NCBI GenBank assembly: GCA_951406725.2
Contig: OX597818.1
Coordinates: forward strand, 2,356,001-2,420,000
Length of the DNA stretch: 64,000 nucleotides
Reading direction: 5' to 3'
Source: Octopus vulgaris
Lineage: Eukaryota
The position numbers were made by a program, and so were the translations under genes. The notes beneath the pieces are model-generated. The model worked only from the letters and a program-made list of their open reading frames with translations. It searched no databases and had not been told where the DNA came from. Shown in pieces: positions 58,324 to 64,000 of this stretch. Positions within the stretch are counted from its first letter, which is position 1. The number at the start of each line of letters is the position of its first letter.

Positions 58324-58358
58324 ATACAAAATTTCAGCTGGTGCTTCTTCAACTGTTG
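58324..58358 (+). CDS. Probable 35-nt exon of the reprolysin/ADAMTS-like metalloprotease
   Basis: ttttattgcag acceptor and gtaagt donor; YKISAGASSTV(G) joins in phase 1 to GIANVGAMC, giving the expected ..T.G.A..G.MC motif. Confidence 0.65.
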
Positions 58359-59344
58359 GTAAGTAATTATTGTCATTTTTTGAAGTTAATTGTTGTGCTC
58401 CTTTCGTTTTCTTCATTAATGATTTTGTCCCAAAGAAGGCTTGTGACTACTGTAGCATAATGAATTACAAAGAAAAGAAGATGCCTACAAATTCAAGACA
58501 TATTGATTGACAGAATGTTTAAAAGATTGAATATCATGACAGAATGTTTAAAAGACAGAATATCATAGACCAGAGGAAAACAATACAATAGTCGAGAGTT
58601 TCACTTCTTAAATTAGTTTGCAATGGTATTGATTTTTAGATCAGGGAAGAATATTAAACTGGCTTCAGTAGAGAATCAAAATTGAGTTAGTTAACTAGAA
58701 TCTCACTATCACAGACATGTGATGAACATACAGGACTAAGTGACCATCAAACTCCTTCACCCAAATGCATGCACATATACACATATGCTTGGGGTCTTCT
58801 TAGCAGTATTGTAGGCAGCTTGGCAATTCAATGCACTAGACCCTATAGTATTTATTTATCGACAGCAAGCCACAATATACATAGATTAGAATTGAGCCCC
58901 TCTACCTGTAAGAGTCCATAGGTAACTATCCAGTGTGTCCATGCCTTAAGTTGTCACTACATATGTTTACATGTATGCACATGCCCACATACATGCAATC
59001 TGTGCTCACAGACACTGACCAAATGAAACAAAGAAATCTCATCACCAGTGACACACACATACTCTCTCACTCAATTTCTCATACATATTCCAAAATATAT
59101 AATTACAATAACAAGCCTTAGTTTATCCTGTGTGGATACATCATTGCAGAGCTGAAGCAATGAAGCCATGTCAATGGTGTGGTCACAAATGGCAATGAAA
59201 GAACTGTGACAAACCAGCTGATTGGTTGATTAAAAAATCAAGCAATTAGTCATGTGACAAATAAGTTAATTGATTAATTAGTTCATTAACAATAAAAAGA
59301 AGGGAAATAAAATCGTGCATGTGTTTTTATTTTCAAAACAATAT

Positions 59345-59800
59345 ACAGTAATTCCTCAATATATGAGTTAATTTGTTTGTGGAGGCCACTCATAAAGCAA
59401 AAACTCATAAAGCAGAGCAATAATTTCCCATAGTAACAATGTTATGAATCATAATTCGTTCCCAGAAAAATATTTTACATATAAAATCTATAATACTTGT
59501 AAATAAATGGCAATAAAACAACAGTAGAATGGAAAGAATATTTTATGTAATATAAAAAGAATGTCAAGATCATTTATAATAAAAAAATATTATTACTATT
59601 TTAATCATTTTCTGAATCACTTTCACTCATACTAGATTCATGCATACCATCACTTGTATACATGACTGCCAATTCACAAGCATTCATAGATGGACTTGTA
59701 GATTTCTTTTTATAAAACAAGTCTAGAGTTATTTGCTTAAGAGAAGCTTTTCTATGCTTTCTATAAATTTCTTCAAAATTTGGATCTTGTACCTGAAACA
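59345..59800 (-). mobile_element. pogo/Tigger-like transposon 3' end fragment
   Basis: ta|cagtaattcctc terminal-repeat-like end and aatttcccatag subterminal motif; minus-strand KASLKQITLDLFYKK resembles the Tigger C-terminal KQ.TLD.FF motif. Confidence 0.5.
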
Positions 59801-59819
59801 TAAAACCTGTAAACTGGGG

Positions 59820-60610
59820 ATTTCATAAAGTAGCTTTGATGCTGTCCTTGGATGCATCTATGAAAAATTGCCCGTTGGTTTTATCATATGGTATTTCCAG
59901 TTGCTCAAAAATTTCAGTGATGTTATTACAAAACCACAAGTCATTCTTCATGGTGAATAATGCAAGCAGATCCTCTGTACGTTTTCTGTACAGTGTTATC
60001 TTCACTCATTTCTCAAGGAGATTATGTTCTTGAAGCCTTGATGCCAGAAACTCACTTTTCTCTTTGGTTAATTAGATATCCCTGAACAAGTCATTTAGAG
60101 CCCCTTGAGAAAATGGTATTGGTTTATTCTCACTTTCAGGATCATTGGGCTCCACACATTCACCACTGGAATGTTCATCAGTACTACTGGAACTCTGTAT
60201 TTCTTGATCTGGAAGTTTGGGCACAGGTAAATTTTCTGAGTGCTCTACTGGGCACATTGCTGATTGCAAATTTGGGTAAACAATGTGTTTCTTTTTCTTT
60301 GCTGTAGTACAGCCTGTAAAGTCATGGTGACAGAAATAGCAATCATTAGAGTGATCTTTCTGCTCACACCAAATCATTGGCACACCAAACTTCATGTGAA
60401 CGTTTTTTCCTGCATACCAGGCACTCAATGTCTTCACACATGTAAGGCAACACACATGAGGAGCCCATGACTTATCCTGGTCTCCTAAATAACAATCAAA
60501 GTACACCTTGTATATTTTCTTGTAATACTGCATGTAATATTGCACTTTTCTTTAGCAAAAGTCAATTCCCCACAGATATAACAGAATCTGTTGAAAACAA
60601 ATAAGATCTG
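59820..60610 (-). mobile_element. DNA transposase pseudogene fragment, probably CMC/Chapaev3-like
   Basis: FCYICG, YFDCYLGDQDKSWAPHVCC..C, VPMIW.EQKDHSNDCYFC, YPNLQSA..PV.HS..LPVP, LNDLFRD and FIDASK.S.KA; family name from recall. Confidence 0.75.
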
Positions 60611-61247
60611 AAAGATAAAAAATAACATTAAGCACAAACTTTGAATCACATTGTAGGTGTTACTAAGATTGGTCTCTAGCCCTGGGTAGAAACCTATTTT
60701 ACAATGTGGTAGAGAATTTTATTTAGTAATAATGACAAAAAGGTTATACAGTGACAATTCTGTAGAAACCCTGCCTAATTCAACAAAAAGAAGGCCAGAA
60801 ATGGATTTCCCATGTCATTTTGGATATAAAAATGGCCACAGATCTCTTGTACTTTTTTGAGTGTTGCACAGTGACATCAGCCTCTGTTGGATACAAGCAG
60901 AAAGTCCAAGGAAGAAAGTAAAGAGATAAGAAAAGATTGGAGAGATCCAGGGCAAAGCACATGTGGGCTACTCATGTCTTTGGCTTCTGACTAACTGAAA
61001 GTGTGAGAGGTAATTGTTGCTTTTAATGGCAAGTGAGTGCCTGTTGACATGTATGTGGATGTGTGTGTGTGTGCGCGCGCATATGAGGATACATGTGTAT
61101 ATTATGTGTATGTGGATATGTACATTTGCATGTCTGTGTACATGTATGTATAGGAGATACAGGTGTTGTATATAATTTATTTTCAGGGTTTTCTTCTGCT
61201 TTACCACAGAAATTAGTGTTTTTAACATGTTATTTTACATGTTTCAG

Positions 61248-61353
61248 GGATAGCAAATGTTGGGGCAATGTGCACAGTGCAAAGTGTTTCTGTAGTTGTT
61301 CAAAATGGAGGTTTCACAGAAGTCTTAATTGCTGCTCATGAAATTGGACACAG
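61248..61353 (+). CDS. Reprolysin (M12B; ADAM/ADAMTS-like) metalloprotease exon carrying HEIGH
   Basis: gtttcag acceptor and gtatgg donor; GIANVGAMCTVQSVSVVVQNGGFTEVLIAAHEIGH(S). Confidence 0.88.
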
Positions 61354-61664
61354 GTATGGATCAAGGAATAGTGGATCAAACCCTCATAAAAATGAGGACA
61401 TTTAATAACTTTATTTAAATATTTAAATATATAAAGCCATTATCAATGGCATTTTGTTTACAATAATCAATTTGTTAATCAAAAGTAATAATTTCAGATA
61501 ACAGTTATGACCATCTTCACAAAGACATTCTAGATAACTGCTTCACAATTTTAATGTTTTATTTTAATTTTGATTTTTATTATTTGCCTCTCCAAAATTA
61601 ATCTTACATTTTTCTTTGTTTTTCTTTTTAATTTTAATTTTTGTATATTTGTTTTTCATTATAG

Positions 61665-61829
61665 TTTGAACAGTAAACATGATGGAATTGACAACGAGTG
61701 TCTTGAGAGTGATTCCTATATTATGTCAGCAAGTGTTGTGAATAATCAATCACCATCACAAAAACTGAACAGTTTTCTATTCTCTCCCTGTAGTATCAAT
61801 ACAATGAAAAGATTTGTGCAAGATCTGTC
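61665..61829 (+). CDS. Reprolysin metalloprotease exon with third zinc His and Met-turn
   Basis: cattatag acceptor and gtaagt donor; phase-2 join gives HEIGHSLNSKHDGIDNECLESDSYIMSA...FLFSPCSINTMKRFV. Confidence 0.9.
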
Positions 61830-62619
61830 GTAAGTTTATTGGAAATAAATATAGTTTTCTACCCTAGTGATAATATGATATGTTGGGATGGGTAGAGATG
61901 TACTGTCCAAAATTTGTCTGGTACTTTATTTTACTGACTCTCTATGGAAACAAAACAAAGTTATCTTGGCAGGATTTCACTTCCAAAAGTAAAGGGACAA
62001 GTAAATAGCTTGAAGTATTTAGTTTTGCAATCTACCAATTCTACCATTCTCTAATTATTAACTTCAGTTTTGATTTTTCTTACTATAGTCATTGTTATCA
62101 TTATCGTTGTTGTTGTTGTTTTTGTTTAGCCCCAGGTCAACTGAGATGAGCCAAATCTGGAATCAAAGCTGTTTTACTTGTTGTGACCATCCCATCTTTT
62201 CACAAGGCACAATGCATCCCCATGACCACACTATCCAATGTGTGTCTTTTTTTAATAAGGCACTGTGTATTTTGAGTAAAATTTCACTGCTATTTCTAGC
62301 AGGTTAACCACATAGTAGTCTTTTCTTGTCTTGTAGTATCACCATCACATCATATTGGTACTTAAGGAATTTATTCAATGCATGAGTGTGATACATGGCT
62401 AGGGTATATAGACAACAGGGTGCACATGATGAAATATTAGACTAGGGTATATACAAGATTGATGTATGTAAATGGTGAAGTAAAGGTCTGGGGTATATAA
62501 ATTACAGAATGCAAGGCTGGGGTATATAAATATTGGTTTACAAATCAGCTGTATATAGATGATGGTGCAAGGTTTTCAAATGTCACCTTTACCTGGATGA
62601 GATAGACAACAAGACAGTC

Positions 62620-62800
62620 ATTATCATCATCATTTAACCTCCTTCCTTTTTTTCCATTCTGGTATGAGTTGGTTTAGTTTGACAAGAATAAATAAGCCAG
62701 AGGGCTCTGCCAGGTTCTATATCTGCTTTCACATGTTTTCTACGGCTGGATGCCCTTCCTAGTGTCAATAACTTAACAGCAGATACTGCATACTTTTTAC
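62620..62800 (-). mobile_element. Decayed RTE-type 3' tail
   Basis: catcatcatttaac...ttccat...ttttctacggctggatgcccttcct. Confidence 0.6.
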
Positions 62801-63202
62801 ATAGCATCAGCATCAATGAGGTTGTTGAGTACCCACAAGATAAGACCCCTCAAATGAGTGGGGTATAGACTGGAGAAAGAAACTGTGATAGAGGTAGAGG
62901 AGCAAGTGTCTTGCTGAAGAGGTTTCCCACAAGGAAAGTGAGAGAGAAAGAAAAAGATGTGAGATTCAGGTACAACATGAATATGAGACAATAGGAAGTG
63001 CACTGAGTAAAAATAGTGTGACAGATAATTAGAGACAGGGAATTAGTTCAGTGTAGCAGAAAGTGAGTAAAATAGAAGCTGAGTTGTGGGAGAAGGCTTG
63101 ACAGAACATAAGTTCTGCTGAGATGGGTGGGTCTTCGCAAGCACAGCATGATGCCAGATGAAAACAGTCAGTAAAAGGAAACAATGGATTACCTTAGGTA
63201 GC

Positions 63203-63233
<31 letters not shown>

Positions 63234-63252
63234 TTATTATTATTATTATTAT

Positions 63253-63290
<38 letters not shown>

Positions 63291-64000
63291 TACTCACTCA
63301 CTCTCACATTCTCTCAATATATATTTAACAAATTGGAAAACATGATTATAAGCAATGATTGTGTAATATTGATGATAAAATATTGATTATTTAGCATAAA
63401 ACTCATAGTCATTTCATTATGACTGAATGAATAAAGTCATATGAGAAAAACTTGAAAGAATTCACCTACATGGGCTTACAGACAAGAAGGCATTCATATT
63501 CTTGTAGGAGGAGATTCTACTAAACATGCAAATAAAGAAAAGGTAAAAATGATAGATTTTGGGTAATAATTGATAAGATCATTTCTGAAGCTGGCTTTAT
63601 TAGTTAGTCTGTATACTCAGACAGTTGTCTAATTGAGAAAGTAAAACAATGTTAAATGTGTGTATCATTATACAGAGTATCATAAATCAGTTGAGATGGG
63701 TATTTTTGGAGTAGCTTCAAAGAAATCGTAAATGTTCAAAGAGAAAATAAAGAAGTATGGAAAAGAAGAGAGATAGCAAGAAGATGGTGAGACAAGAATA
63801 AATTGAAAGGATGAAAACAATATAAGTAGGCTTAGATAAAAGGAAGAGTGAATATTAATAATCTTAAAGGGGCAAGTGATAGCTATATGATTAGTATAAC
63901 AGGGAGTTGAACAAGTCAGAACCTAATGAATGAAAAAATATACAAAGTAGTAAAATATTAGTATAATACTTCATAATTAAAAGTTCAATGATAAAAACAT

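Overview
Eukaryotic, very AT-rich, repeat-dense genomic DNA. The SINE, RTE and Penelope repeat repertoire and the huge (AT)n arrays suggest an octopod cephalopod (Octopus); this is an inference from recalled repeat families, not a database result. Two host genes are visible on the + strand. Four spliced exons (342-17670) encode the N-terminal DENN region of SBF1/SBF2 (MTMR5/MTMR13). Three exons (58324-61829) encode the catalytic core of a reprolysin/ADAMTS-like zinc metalloprotease. Between them lie about 40 kb of (AT)n arrays packed with CR1-group LINEs, RTE LINEs, Penelope-like elements, SINEs, a Helitron, a MITE and a 100-N scaffold gap. The long YI-repeat ORFs are microsatellite artefacts. 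The main hidden signal is about ten type-I hammerhead ribozyme motifs, intact or decayed. Two sit just downstream of Penelope GIY-YIG ORFs. Others sit in non-coding ~500-bp monomer elements with tandem partial copies and 5' inversions (retrozyme or solo-pLTR architecture), inserted in (AT)n tracts. Also notable: a tRNA-Glu-headed mini-SINE sharing its 3' tail with a LINE in the same window, and a LINE ORF1 with a Myb/trihelix plus CCCH architecture.
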